Source: an uncultured Clostridia bacterium
Lineage (GTDB): Bacteria > Bacillota > Clostridia > Oscillospirales > CAG-272
Direction of reading: 5' to 3'
Length of the DNA: 64,000 nt
Assembly (NCBI GenBank): GCA_904501985.1
Contig: CAJGCT010000003.1
Span: 4,809-68,808 of the forward strand
Shown here: positions 17,968-27,741 of the stretch, in pieces
How the letters are laid out: the number at the start of each line of letters is the position of its first letter
How positions within the stretch are numbered: position 1 is the first letter of the stretch
Made by a program: the position numbers and the translations under genes
Notes under the pieces: model-generated
Database searches by the model: none
The model's input: the letters and a program-made list of their open reading frames with translations, nothing else
Told to the model about the DNA's origin: nothing

Positions 17968-19086
17968 ATGATAAAGATTTTACACTGCGCTGACCTGCAT
18001 CTTGACAGTCCGCTGTCAACTCTTGATTTTGAAAAGGCAGAGCTGCGCCACAGCGATATGCGCGCCGCATTTACGTCGCTCACCCTGTCGGCTAAAATGA
18101 ATAAAGCGGATTTTTTGCTGATATCGGGAGATTTCTTTGACGGAGCTTTTGCTTCGCGCGATACTCTGTCTCTCATATGCCGCGAATTTGCCGCCATACC
18201 AGACTGCAAAATAATAATAGCTCCCGGCAACCACGATCCGTATACCCCGTCGAGCTACTATCGGCGTGTGGATTTTCCTGATAATGTGTATATTTTTGAT
18301 TCGCCGGAACTTTCCTGCTTTGATTTTCCGGAAAAGAACACCACTGTATACGGCTGGGCGTTTACTTCTGAGCATATGGAGAGCTGTCCCCTTGAGGGAT
18401 TTTCGGTGGAGAATCCTAACAGAATAAATCTGCTCTGTGCACACGGTGATCTTGATTCGGGTGACTCAAAATACTGTCCCATACCGTCGGTACTGCTTGC
18501 TGACTGCGGCTTTGACTATGCGGCTCTCGGTCACGTTCATGCTCACAGCGGAGTGAAGCAGATTGGAGGCTGTCACATAGCATACAGCGGATGTCTTGAG
18601 GGGCGCGGCTTTGATGAATGTGGGGAAAAAGGAGCGGTGCTTGCTGTTGCCGACAAGGATGTGATGCTTCAGTTTGCCGCTAAATTTGTACGGTTCTGCA
18701 AGCGAATTTATATAAGTGAGACACTTGATATCAGCGGTGCAAGATCAAATGCCGATGTGGCAGACCGCCTTGAGGCGTTTATCGCAGAGAGACATTTTGG
18801 CGAAGATACCGCACTTCGCATAAGACTGACGGGCGATGTGTCGGGGGATTTCAAGCTGTCGGCAAGCTTTCTTTCCGAGCAGTTTTCAAGGCTGTTTATG
18901 CTTGAGGTGATTGATGCTACAATGCCGCTTCTTGACTGCGAAAAGCTTCGCTTCGACCCCACTCTGCGCGGGGAATTTTACCGAAGCCTTGAACCCATGC
19001 TGCTTTGTGACGATGCCGAGACGCGTGATACTGCCGCAATGGCACTGCGGTGCGGACTTGCGGCACTTCTCGGAGAGGAGATCTGA
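17968..19086 (+). CDS. SbcD/Mre11-like metallophosphoesterase DNA-repair exonuclease (YhaO-type)
   Basis: Calcineurin-like motifs HCADLHLD, GDFFD, GNHD and GHVH. It is paired with an SMC-like ATPase downstream. Confidence 0.8.
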   Translation: MIKILHCADLHLDSPLSTLDFEKAELRHSDMRAAFTSLTLSAKMNKADFLLISGDFFDGAFASRDTLSLICREFAAIPDCKIIIAPGNHDPYTPSSYYRRVDFPDNVYIFDSPELSCFDFPEKNTTVYGWAFTSEHMESCPLEGFSVENPNRINLLCAHGDLDSGDSKYCPIPSVLLADCGFDYAALGHVHAHSGVKQIGGCHIAYSGCLEGRGFDECGEKGAVLAVADKDVMLQFAAKFVRFCKRIYISETLDISGARSNADVADRLEAFIAERHFGEDTALRIRLTGDVSGDFKLSASFLSEQFSRLFMLEVIDATMPLLDCEKLRFDPTLRGEFYRSLEPMLLCDDAETRDTAAMALRCGLAALLGEEI

Positions 19087-19094
19087 GGTGCGAG

Positions 19095-21254
19095 ATGTTT
19101 ATTGAGAAAATACATATAGATACATTCGGTAAGCTCTCGGATTTTGATCTGGAGCTTACACCGGGAATGAACATTTTAGAGGGTGCAAACGAAAGCGGCA
19201 AATCCACCCTTGCGGCTTTCATTAAGTTTATATTTTACGGAGTATCTTCCCGTGAGCGTGAGCAGATCATGTCCTGGAAAACAGGCGGTGCGGCAGGAAG
19301 CCTCACTGTGTCCGTGGATTCTCACAGATACCGTATAGAGCGTGCTGTAGTGGGAAACCGCGAGGCTGTACAGCTTGTTGACGGCGAAAACAATATGCCC
19401 ATAAGACACGCTCTTGACGAAAAAACGCCGGGTGAGCTGTTTTTCGGAGTAGATGCCGAAATGTTCGTATCAACCGCTTTTGTGTCCCAGCTTGGCGGTA
19501 CAACCGCAGGGGGGACTAAGCTCAGCGAGGGAATCGAGAATATACTGTTTTCGGGGGACGAAAACGTAAACACCCAGCGTGCCATTGCCAAGCTTGATGC
19601 GGCGCGCGCCGCACTGCTTCACAAAAACGAAAAGGGCGGCAGACTTTATGAAATCGACAATGAATGTGCGCTTCTTGAGGTAAAGCTTGCGGAGGCACTG
19701 CGTATCCATGAGGATATTCTTTCAAAAGAGGCACAGCTTGACGACTCACGGGAGAAATTAAACAGTGCCGCGCAAAAAGCCGACGGAATCGGTGCGAAGA
19801 TACAGCAGTTTGAGGCTAATGCGCTTATTGAGCTTTTTGAGCGTAGGCGGCTGATAGAATCAAGAATTTCCGTGCTTGGTGAGCGGCTTCGGACCGACAA
19901 CGACAGAGAAAGTGCCGCGGCATCCCGTATGGATAAATATTGCAGCAGGCTCGTAGTCCTCAAAAAAGAGCTTGATGAGACGATTTTGCGTGAGGAGGAA
20001 TGTCAGCAGTATCGTGTGAGCCGCGAGCTTGAGGAATTTTTGAAAATGGGCGGAAAGGATGCTGTTGAAACTAAGAAAAAGCGGCTTTTTGCAAAAGCGA
20101 AAGGATGCACTGCGGCAGGAGTAATCGCTCTGCTTGCCGGCATTGCCCTTGTTTTGTTCGGTATCATGCCAATACTTAACGAGGCGGCAATAAATGTACT
20201 TTTTGCGGCGGCAGGCGGCGGACTTAGCATTGTTGGCGTTATACTCCTTGCCATCGGGGCGCGTTTTCGCGGACAGGCTTCCGATGTTGAGCTTTACTAT
20301 GACCTTGACACTCTTGAAGCAGAAGCGGCGGAATACAGGAGTGCGCAGGAGACCGCCAAATTCACAAATCTTGCCGTTATTGATGCTAAACGCCGATACA
20401 ATGAGCTTTGCGATGAAATAAGACAGGAATACGGCTGTGCTCCGGATGAGCTTTCGGAGAAACATGAACAGCAAAAGAGAAAAGCACAGGAATCAAGCGG
20501 AGTTAAAGCCGAGTATGACAAGCATATTTCCTTGCTTTCACAAATAGATGCTCAGCTTAAGCCTTACAGCGAAGAAGAGCTTCGTGCGATGGTTGACAGT
20601 GGTGTTGACATATCGGATGTGGATGCATCTGAGCTTTCTTCTATGCGTCGGGAAGCGGAATTTGCGGCGAAAATGGCGGCTTCACTTGAAAAGCACTGCA
20701 TAGAGCTTGAAAAGGAGCTTGCCGGATTGTATCCTATCGCCGATGACCCTAAGCTTATAGCGGACAGGCTGTCATCAATGAAGGCTCGCCGTGCAGAGCT
20801 TCAGAAAAAGCACGCGGCGTATAAGCTTGCCAATGAAAAGCTGAGCGAGGCAGGCGAGTCGCTCCGTCTCAGCATAGCACCGAGACTTGCATCCGAAGCG
20901 GCGCGGAATATGGCGGCAATTACGGGAGGGAAATATAATAATCTCGGAGTTGGAGCAGACCTTTCCATGTCTGCGGAGACCGAGAGCGGACAGCGGGCTC
21001 TTGGTGTTCTCAGCGCAGGCACACAGGATGCGGCGTATCTTTCACTGCGCCTGTCGCTTATATCACTCCTGTACAGCAAGACAGAGCCGCCCGTAATATA
21101 CGACGAGTCGTTTATACGTCAGGATGATGAGCGTCTTAAAAAGCTTCTTCGTCTTATTGCTGCCGGTAAATCCCAAAGTCTTATATTTACCGCAAATAAC
21201 AGAGAGGCGTCTCTCATGCGTGATATAGGTGAGTTTAAGCATATAAGAATGTAA
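19095..21254 (+). CDS. SbcC/Rad50-like AAA ATPase with coiled coil (YhaN-type)
   Basis: N-terminal Walker A GANESGKST, a long coiled-coil middle, a C-terminal signature LSAGTQD and Walker B PPVIYDE. Start set at ATG 19095 after GAGGTG. Two hydrophobic helices lie mid-protein. Confidence 0.75.
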   Translation: MFIEKIHIDTFGKLSDFDLELTPGMNILEGANESGKSTLAAFIKFIFYGVSSREREQIMSWKTGGAAGSLTVSVDSHRYRIERAVVGNREAVQLVDGENNMPIRHALDEKTPGELFFGVDAEMFVSTAFVSQLGGTTAGGTKLSEGIENILFSGDENVNTQRAIAKLDAARAALLHKNEKGGRLYEIDNECALLEVKLAEALRIHEDILSKEAQLDDSREKLNSAAQKADGIGAKIQQFEANALIELFERRRLIESRISVLGERLRTDNDRESAAASRMDKYCSRLVVLKKELDETILREEECQQYRVSRELEEFLKMGGKDAVETKKKRLFAKAKGCTAAGVIALLAGIALVLFGIMPILNEAAINVLFAAAGGGLSIVGVILLAIGARFRGQASDVELYYDLDTLEAEAAEYRSAQETAKFTNLAVIDAKRRYNELCDEIRQEYGCAPDELSEKHEQQKRKAQESSGVKAEYDKHISLLSQIDAQLKPYSEEELRAMVDSGVDISDVDASELSSMRREAEFAAKMAASLEKHCIELEKELAGLYPIADDPKLIADRLSSMKARRAELQKKHAAYKLANEKLSEAGESLRLSIAPRLASEAARNMAAITGGKYNNLGVGADLSMSAETESGQRALGVLSAGTQDAAYLSLRLSLISLLYSKTEPPVIYDESFIRQDDERLKKLLRLIAAGKSQSLIFTANNREASLMRDIGEFKHIRM

Positions 21255-21268
21255 TCTGCATTACAAGA

Positions 21269-21317
21269 AAAGCATATCCCCTAAAAGACGTAAAATCAAA
21301 GGGGATATGCTTTTTTG
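21269..21317 (+). terminator. Rho-independent terminator
   Basis: AGCATATCCCC (21271-21281) pairs with GGGGATATGCT (21301-21311), followed by TTTTTT. Confidence 0.8.
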
Positions 21318-21382
21318 TGTATAAAATTATCTTCATCGGTTAATTATATTTTCAGAAAATATTAAAGCTGGCGGAGAGAATA

Positions 21383-21796
21383 ATGGGAAAAATCGGAGAA
21401 TATGCTGTAGTCTATTCGGTGGGAGGCGTTGGATATACGCTTATTGAGGTGTTGTGGAGAGGGCATTCACATTGGACTATGGCGCTGACGGGCGGAATGT
21501 GTCTTGCGTTCATTTATATGAATGAAGCGCGGCATAATAAAGCCCCCATGTGGAAGCGCTGTCTTGCAGACAGCCTTATTATAACGCTTGCGGAGCTATC
21601 GGTTGGATTTGTGGTTAATATACTTCTCGGATGGAAGGTTTGGGATTATTCAAATCAATTCATGAATTTGTTTGGTCAAGTTTGCATTTTGTATTCGGGA
21701 TTCTGGTATCTTTTGGGCATACCTGCCTCATATCTCTGTAAGTATCTTAGAAAATTACTTTGTGCTAAGAAAACGTCTTACCCACAAAAAGTATAG
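21383..21796 (+). CDS. Small integral membrane protein (possibly CmpB / 'putative ABC-transporter type IV' family)
   Basis: The 137-aa product has 4 hydrophobic segments. The family guess comes from the GGVGYTLIEVLWRG...WDYS pattern and is not verified. Confidence 0.5.
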   Translation: MGKIGEYAVVYSVGGVGYTLIEVLWRGHSHWTMALTGGMCLAFIYMNEARHNKAPMWKRCLADSLIITLAELSVGFVVNILLGWKVWDYSNQFMNLFGQVCILYSGFWYLLGIPASYLCKYLRKLLCAKKTSYPQKV

Positions 21797-21857
21797 TGCT
21801 GTCGGCTTTCGATATAACCTCGGAAGCCGATTTTTTGGTAGGAAAATACTCATATCT

Positions 21858-21887
21858 GCATATTTTTGTACTTGATGTAATATAAAT
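21858..21887 (+). promoter_or_regulatory. Possible sigma-E-type sporulation promoter upstream of spoIVA
   Basis: GCATATT (21858-21864), then 14 nt, then AATATAAAT. This resembles KMATATT-N14-CATACAnT only loosely. Confidence 0.3.
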
Positions 21888-21919
21888 ATGTCAGGAATTA
21901 TCATAAGGAGGATAAGATC

Positions 21920-23398
21920 ATGGCAGATACATCAATTTACAGAGATATTGCCGAGCGGTGCGCCAATACATTTTATCTGGGGGTCATCGGACCTGTTCGC
22001 ACAGGCAAATCCACATTTATCAAGCGGTTTATGGAGGCAATGGTGATACCTGCAATTGCAGACGAGCATGAGCGCGAGCGTGCCAGAGACGAAATGCCGC
22101 AGAGCGCCGCAGGTAAGACCGTAATGACCACTGAGCCGAAATTTGTTCCCGATGAAGCGGTGGAAATAACACTGTCGGACAATGCGGTGATGAAAGTCAA
22201 AATGGTGGACTGCGTGGGGTACATAGTTCCGGACGCCATGGGGCATATCGAGGACGGTCATGCCCGTATGGTGCACACACCCTGGCAGGCTGAACCGATG
22301 CCGTTCGTTGAGGCGGCTGAATACGGTACACGCAAGGTAATAAGCGAGCATTCCACTGTCGGTATGTTGGTTACAACCGACGGCACTATCGGCGAGATCC
22401 CGCGCGAGAATTACGTTGCGGCAGAGGAGCGTGTAGTCAAGGAGCTTCGCGAGGCAGGGAAACCCTTTGCCATTATTCTGAACTCCGCCGCACCTGAGAG
22501 CGACGGCTCTATTAAGCTTGCTTATGAGCTTGAAGAAAAGTATGGGGCACCCGTTGCGCTTGTAAACTGTCTGCGCCTTGACGGTGACGACATACGTCAT
22601 ATTCTTGAGCTGATACTCATGGAATTCCCTGTCTGTGAGGTGAAGGTAAAGCTTCCCGAATGGACGAATGCGCTGGAGAGCACTCATCCTCTGCGTATCG
22701 CCCTTGATGAGTTTGTTATGGAACGTGCCGCCCGTATTTTCAAGATAGGCGAGATAAATGACGTATTTTCCGAGCCTTGTGAGAACGAATATGTTAAATG
22801 CATACGGGCGGATAAGATCGATCTCGGAAAGGGAACGGCGGAGCTATCGCTTGAGGTTGCCGACGGGCTGTATTACAAAATTATCAGTGAGATGTGCGGA
22901 TTCGATATTTCAAGCGAAGAGAAGCTTATAACGCTTCTTCGTGAGCTTTCCGTGATGAAAGAGAAGTACGACAGGGTGTCACAGGCACTTGCGGATGTAA
23001 ACGAAAAGGGATATGGAATAGTTATGCCGGAGATCGGTGATCTGCGGCTTGAAGAGCCTGAAATCGTTAAGCAGTCGGGAAGCTACGGCGTGCGGCTTCG
23101 GGCGTCAGCACCCAGTGTTCATATGATAAAGGCGAATATCGAAACCGAGATAAATCCCGTGGTTGGCACGGAACAGCAGTCCGAGGAGCTTGTAAAGTTT
23201 ATGCTGAAGGAGTTTGAGGAGGACCCAAGAAAGATATGGGAATCCAATATGTTCGGCAAAACTCTGTACCAGCTTGTGAACGAGGGCCTTCATACAAAGC
23301 TTGGACATATGCCTGAGGACGCGCGCGCAAAGCTTTCGGAGACCTTGGGGCGTATTATCAACGAGGGAAGCGGCGGACTTATCTGCATAATTCTGTAG
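21920..23398 (+). CDS. spoIVA: Stage IV sporulation protein A (SpoIVA, spore-coat morphogenetic ATPase)
   Basis: 492 aa. The N-terminus IYRDIAERC...YLGVIGPVRTGKSTFIKRFME carries the Walker A, and the ending GGLICIIL is diagnostic of SpoIVA. Confidence 0.93.
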   Translation: MADTSIYRDIAERCANTFYLGVIGPVRTGKSTFIKRFMEAMVIPAIADEHERERARDEMPQSAAGKTVMTTEPKFVPDEAVEITLSDNAVMKVKMVDCVGYIVPDAMGHIEDGHARMVHTPWQAEPMPFVEAAEYGTRKVISEHSTVGMLVTTDGTIGEIPRENYVAAEERVVKELREAGKPFAIILNSAAPESDGSIKLAYELEEKYGAPVALVNCLRLDGDDIRHILELILMEFPVCEVKVKLPEWTNALESTHPLRIALDEFVMERAARIFKIGEINDVFSEPCENEYVKCIRADKIDLGKGTAELSLEVADGLYYKIISEMCGFDISSEEKLITLLRELSVMKEKYDRVSQALADVNEKGYGIVMPEIGDLRLEEPEIVKQSGSYGVRLRASAPSVHMIKANIETEINPVVGTEQQSEELVKFMLKEFEEDPRKIWESNMFGKTLYQLVNEGLHTKLGHMPEDARAKLSETLGRIINEGSGGLICIIL

Positions 23399-23627
23399 AA
23401 TGATGATTTGAGCCGCTGCGGTTATTTGTTCTCCTGACATAGTTTTTGCGTTTTGTCTCTGATTTATGACAAGGTAAAAAAGCAGTTGATAGCATATCTG
23501 CGGAGCCATCCTGTTATCACTTGATTAAAAATCTAATATTACATCCATATAAAGGGTGGATTTTTTCTTGACAAATTCCGATTTCTATAGTATGATTATA
23601 GTACCATCTATAGAAGGAGGTTTTACC

Positions 23628-24683
23628 ATGAAGGAAATGAAAATGACATTCCGACATTACGGTGACGGCGATCCCATAAGTCTTGAGTATATCTCACAGA
23701 TTCCGGGCATGAGCGGCATCGTGTCGGCTGTTTACGATGTGCCCCCCGGAAAAGAGTGGAGTGCAGAGAGCATTGCCAAGATCAAATCCTCCGCAAATGC
23801 TCATGGCCTTGCATTTGAGGTAGTCGAGAGTGTTCCCGTACATGAGGATATCAAGCTCGGCAAACCGTCCCGTGACGAGTACATCGAGGTTTATCGCCGC
23901 AATATCAAGAAGCTTGCAGATGCAGGCGTTAAGGTTATCTGCTATAACTTTATGCCCGTGTTCGACTGGCTTCGCTCTGACCTTTCCCATAAGAATCCCG
24001 ACGGCTCCACCTGCCTTATCTACCGCGATGCGGAGGTTCTGGCAATGGATCCCAACACCAAAAAGCTGTCTCTCCCCGGCTGGGATGAGAGCTATACTCA
24101 GGACGGTCTTCGTGCACTGCTTGCAGAGTACAAGTCTGTTGACGAGGAGAAGCTTTGGGAGAATATGCGCTACTTCCTTAACGGAATTATTCCCGTATGT
24201 GAGGAGAGCGGAATCAAAATGGCTATCCATCCGGACGATCCGCCGTGGGGTATTTTCGGTCTGCCCAGAGTTATCACCAACGCAAAGAATCTTGAGCGCT
24301 TCTGCAACCTTGTTGACAGCGAGTGCAACGGTCTTACCCTTTGCACCGGCTCTCTCGGCGTAGATCCTGCAAACAATGTTGTTGATATGATCCGCCATTT
24401 CGGAGCTAAGCGCCGCATTCACTTCCTCCACGCACGCAATATCAAGATCACCGGTCCCCGTGACTTTAACGAAACAGGTCATCTCAGTGAGAACGGTTCT
24501 CTTGATATGTACGACGTACTTAAGGCGGCTTGGGATGTGGATTTCGACGGCTACATACGTCCCGACCACGGACGCATGATCTGGGGCGAGACAGGCAAGC
24601 CCGGTTACGGTCTTTACGACCGTGCTCTCGGTGCTGTATATCTTAACGGTATCTGGGAAGCTATTAACAAAGAGAACAAGTAA
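23628..24683 (+). CDS. uxuA: Mannonate dehydratase UxuA
   Basis: MKMTFRHYG... and TIM-barrel motifs typical of UxuA. Start set at ATG 23628 after GAAGGAGG. A TTGACA-17-TATGAT promoter at 23570-23598 lies inside the spurious N-terminal extension of the track ORF. Confidence 0.85.
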   Translation: MKEMKMTFRHYGDGDPISLEYISQIPGMSGIVSAVYDVPPGKEWSAESIAKIKSSANAHGLAFEVVESVPVHEDIKLGKPSRDEYIEVYRRNIKKLADAGVKVICYNFMPVFDWLRSDLSHKNPDGSTCLIYRDAEVLAMDPNTKKLSLPGWDESYTQDGLRALLAEYKSVDEEKLWENMRYFLNGIIPVCEESGIKMAIHPDDPPWGIFGLPRVITNAKNLERFCNLVDSECNGLTLCTGSLGVDPANNVVDMIRHFGAKRRIHFLHARNIKITGPRDFNETGHLSENGSLDMYDVLKAAWDVDFDGYIRPDHGRMIWGETGKPGYGLYDRALGAVYLNGIWEAINKENK

Positions 24684-24685
24684 AA

Positions 24686-24724
24686 CAAAAAATTTGCACT
24701 TCACATGAAGTGCAAATTTTTTTA
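24686..24724. terminator. Bidirectional terminator between convergent uxuA and hom
   Basis: AATTTGCACTTC-ACAT-GAAGTGCAAATT perfect 12-bp stem flanked by an A-run and a T-run. Confidence 0.85.
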
Positions 24725-24735
24725 TCTTTATAATC

Positions 24736-25929
24736 TTAGAGTACGCGCATTGCGGTGAATTTCTCGCTGAGTGTCACACCAATCTCAAGGAGGCTGACTT
24801 CGCCTGTTACCACTGCGTAGCAGTCCTCGCTGTCCTCGATAACCTCTGCATCAAGCATACACAGGCAGTGATTCGGCTTCTTGTCAAAGCGCAGATACCA
24901 CCGGGATTTAAGCTTGTCTGCCGGAAGTATTTCATCGTCTGACAGACGCTCCCATACAGGTACATTGTGTGTCGGATGAGTGAGGAAGGTGGCAATTTCA
25001 ATAATATCCGAAACAACCGCGCTTGCTGTGGGAAGCTTGCCTGCACCGCGTCCGTAGAACATTACGTCGCCGATTGCGTTGCCGTTTACAAGCACACCGT
25101 TGTATACGTCACCGATGCCCGAAAGGGGATTTGAGTGACGCACAAGAGTAGGAGATACACAGGCACTTATCTTGTCGCCCACGCGCACTGCCTTTCCGAT
25201 AAGCTTGATGGACGCACCGAATTTCGCCGCATTGGCTACATCGCGGAGAGTTACATTTCGAATACCCTCGGTCTGCACCTTATCCGGTGGAACAAGCTTG
25301 CCGAAAGCCATAGCAGAGAGAATGGATATTTTGCGGCAGGTGTCAATGCCGTCAACGTCAGCCGAAGGATCGCGCTCGGCATAGCCCTTTTCCTGCGCTT
25401 CTGCCAGAGCAGTACCGAAGTCCTTGTTTTCGTTTATCATCTGGGTGAGGATATAGTTGGTAGTGCCGTTCAGGATACCGTTGACCTCTGTTATATCATT
25501 TGCGGTGAGGCAGTTGCCGATAGGATGAATAACAGGAATGCCTCCGCCAACACTTGCCTCGAAAAGATAGCGCACATTGTTCTCGGATGCGATCTTCAAA
25601 AGCTCCGGACCGAAGTTTGCCACAACTTCTTTATTTGAGGTGACAACGCTTTTTCCTGCTTTCATAGCCGCGCTTGAAAATTCAAATGCGGGATGAGAGC
25701 CTCCCATCAGCTCAGCGCATATGCTGACCTCCGGGTCGTTTAAGATAACATCCACGTCGTGAACGATTTTATCCTTAAAGGGGCTGTCCGGAAAATCACG
25801 CAGGTCAAGGATATATTTTATGTTGATGTCGTCACCTACACGTTCCGAAATAAGCTTGGCGTTTTGCGTGAGGACCTCGGCGGTGCCGCTTCCGACAACA
25901 CCAAATCCGAAAATTGCTACATTTATCAT
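24736..25929 (-). CDS. hom: Homoserine dehydrogenase
   Basis: NAD-binding N-terminus MINVAIFGFGVVGSG, a catalytic domain, and a C-terminal ACT-like region. Confidence 0.88.
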   Translation of the reverse strand: MINVAIFGFGVVGSGTAEVLTQNAKLISERVGDDINIKYILDLRDFPDSPFKDKIVHDVDVILNDPEVSICAELMGGSHPAFEFSSAAMKAGKSVVTSNKEVVANFGPELLKIASENNVRYLFEASVGGGIPVIHPIGNCLTANDITEVNGILNGTTNYILTQMINENKDFGTALAEAQEKGYAERDPSADVDGIDTCRKISILSAMAFGKLVPPDKVQTEGIRNVTLRDVANAAKFGASIKLIGKAVRVGDKISACVSPTLVRHSNPLSGIGDVYNGVLVNGNAIGDVMFYGRGAGKLPTASAVVSDIIEIATFLTHPTHNVPVWERLSDDEILPADKLKSRWYLRFDKKPNHCLCMLDAEVIEDSEDCYAVVTGEVSLLEIGVTLSEKFTAMRVL

Positions 25930-26017
25930 AGTCGTTTTCCTTTGTACAAAATTGAATATGTCCTAATTATACCACATACAGTGCTGTAATGCAATAAAAA
26001 CACGTAAATTTTGCGTA

Positions 26018-27451
26018 TCAGCTGAAATACCGCAGAACGGTTTTTATTAACGAATAGTTGTCATCAAAGGGAGGGTAACGCAGAGGATTGAGGTCAAGGC
26101 TTGTGGCTTTGAGCACCGAGGATATGGTGCTGAAGGTATCAAAACCTGCCTTGCCGTGATAGCGACCCATCCCGCTCTCCCCGACACCGCCGAAGGGAAG
26201 GTTGGGGTTAGCCATCTGGAGAAGTGTGTCGTTGACGCATCCGCAGCCGTAATCGAGATTTGTCATAACGTTTCTCTGCATGGCTCTGCTTCTTGTAAAG
26301 AGATACAGTGCCAGCGGTTTTGGGTGCTTGCGTATGGTGTTGATGACTACATTTATATCGCTGAATTCAAATACGGGAAGTATCGGACCGAAAATCTCCT
26401 CGGAGAGCAGTTTGCTGTCCTTGTCTATCTCTTCCATAAGAGTAAGTGCGATACGACCTGTTGCCTCATTTGTATCACCGCCAAGGATGACCTTGCCGTC
26501 GTCAAGGTATCCGCGCAGACGGTCGAAATGCATACGGTTGACGATTCTTGGATAATAACTGTTCTCGCATGGCTCGTCAGTGCAGTATTTGTTGTGATAT
26601 TCCTTTATATAGCCCAGCAGCTCGTCTTTTACAGAGCTTTCAACGAAAAGATAGTCGGGAGCAATGTTGGTTTGACCTGCATTTATAAGCTTTCCGCACA
26701 CAATGCGGCGTGCCGCAAGACGGAGGTTTGCTGTTTTGTCAACGATACACGGACTTTTTCCGCCAAGCTCAAGCACCACGGGTGTAAGCTGAGCCGCTGC
26801 CGCTTTCATTACGATGCGTGCCACCGCGGCGCCACCTGTATAGAATACAAGACCAAAGGGCTCGCGGCGGATAGCCTTTATGGCTTCAAAGCTGTCCATA
26901 TATGCCGCGATATATTCACGGTCGAAATATTTGAATATCAGGTCGCAAAGCAGACGGCTGGTGTTGGGAGCGTGCTCCGACAGCTTTAGGATGGTGCAGT
27001 TGCCTGCGGCAATTGATGATATCAGCGGTATCATTGCCATCTGGAAGGGATAGTTCCACGGCGAGAAGATCATAACAAGTCCGCGAGGATGCGGTATCTT
27101 GCAGCTGGTGGAGGGGAACATATAGAAGGGTGTTGGAACACTTCTGGGTGCGCTCCACGCACGAAGATGGCGGATGGCGTGATTTATCTCCTGCTCAACC
27201 ATGCCGATTTCTGTAAGATAGGCTTCTCCGTAGGATTTTCCGAGATCTGCCCGAAGTGCTTCAAGTATGAGCCCCTCGTTGTCTCTTATCATTATTTTAA
27301 GGTTTATAAGCAGCTGACGGCGGAATTTGATATCGCGGGTCTTTCCCGTAGCGAAAAATTCGCGCTGTGCGGTGATGATATCGCGAAGATCTGCCGCTAT
27401 TTCATTCACATCGGACTGCTTGCCTTTTTTGCTGTTATCTTGTATGCTCAT
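26018..27451 (-). CDS. Aldehyde dehydrogenase family protein (class-3-like, NAD(P)+)
   Basis: Motifs SPWNYPF, ELGGKSP (catalytic Glu), a catalytic Cys region (GQTNIAPDY; unusual, N where C is expected) and EEIFGP. Start set at ATG 27451 after GGAGG. Confidence 0.8.
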   Translation of the reverse strand: MSIQDNSKKGKQSDVNEIAADLRDIITAQREFFATGKTRDIKFRRQLLINLKIMIRDNEGLILEALRADLGKSYGEAYLTEIGMVEQEINHAIRHLRAWSAPRSVPTPFYMFPSTSCKIPHPRGLVMIFSPWNYPFQMAMIPLISSIAAGNCTILKLSEHAPNTSRLLCDLIFKYFDREYIAAYMDSFEAIKAIRREPFGLVFYTGGAAVARIVMKAAAAQLTPVVLELGGKSPCIVDKTANLRLAARRIVCGKLINAGQTNIAPDYLFVESSVKDELLGYIKEYHNKYCTDEPCENSYYPRIVNRMHFDRLRGYLDDGKVILGGDTNEATGRIALTLMEEIDKDSKLLSEEIFGPILPVFEFSDINVVINTIRKHPKPLALYLFTRSRAMQRNVMTNLDYGCGCVNDTLLQMANPNLPFGGVGESGMGRYHGKAGFDTFSTISSVLKATSLDLNPLRYPPFDDNYSLIKTVLRYFS

Positions 27452-27741
27452 TTGGTCCTCCGATAAAGTAGGATACTTATACATATATATTATATACTAT
27501 AAATTGTTAATAAAGCAACCCCAAATGCAATATTTGTTAGAAAAAAGTAGCGATTTTTTAATTTTAGGCCGCAAAATCCCGATTATTTGCTTGAATTTCA
27601 TAATTTTACTTAACATTTATCATCTTTTGACTCTATATAGACTTTAAATATAACATTAGGTGGTATACTATGCAAAGTAAGCTTCACATGGGTGAGCTTC
27701 ACAAGCTGTACATAGTATAAAGTAAAGGATAGGTAAAATTT

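Noticed and set aside
23694-24704. Long antisense ORFs opposite uxuA. The same pattern occurs at 29974-30894 and 30907-31839 opposite thrS, 35225-36181 opposite nrdD, 26156-26989 opposite the ALDH gene, 60113-61009 opposite murA, and 1550-2284 opposite the HtrA-like gene.
   Set aside because: Each lies fully inside a gene with strong motif evidence on the other strand. Their translations are Cys/His/Arg-rich nonsense without RBSs.
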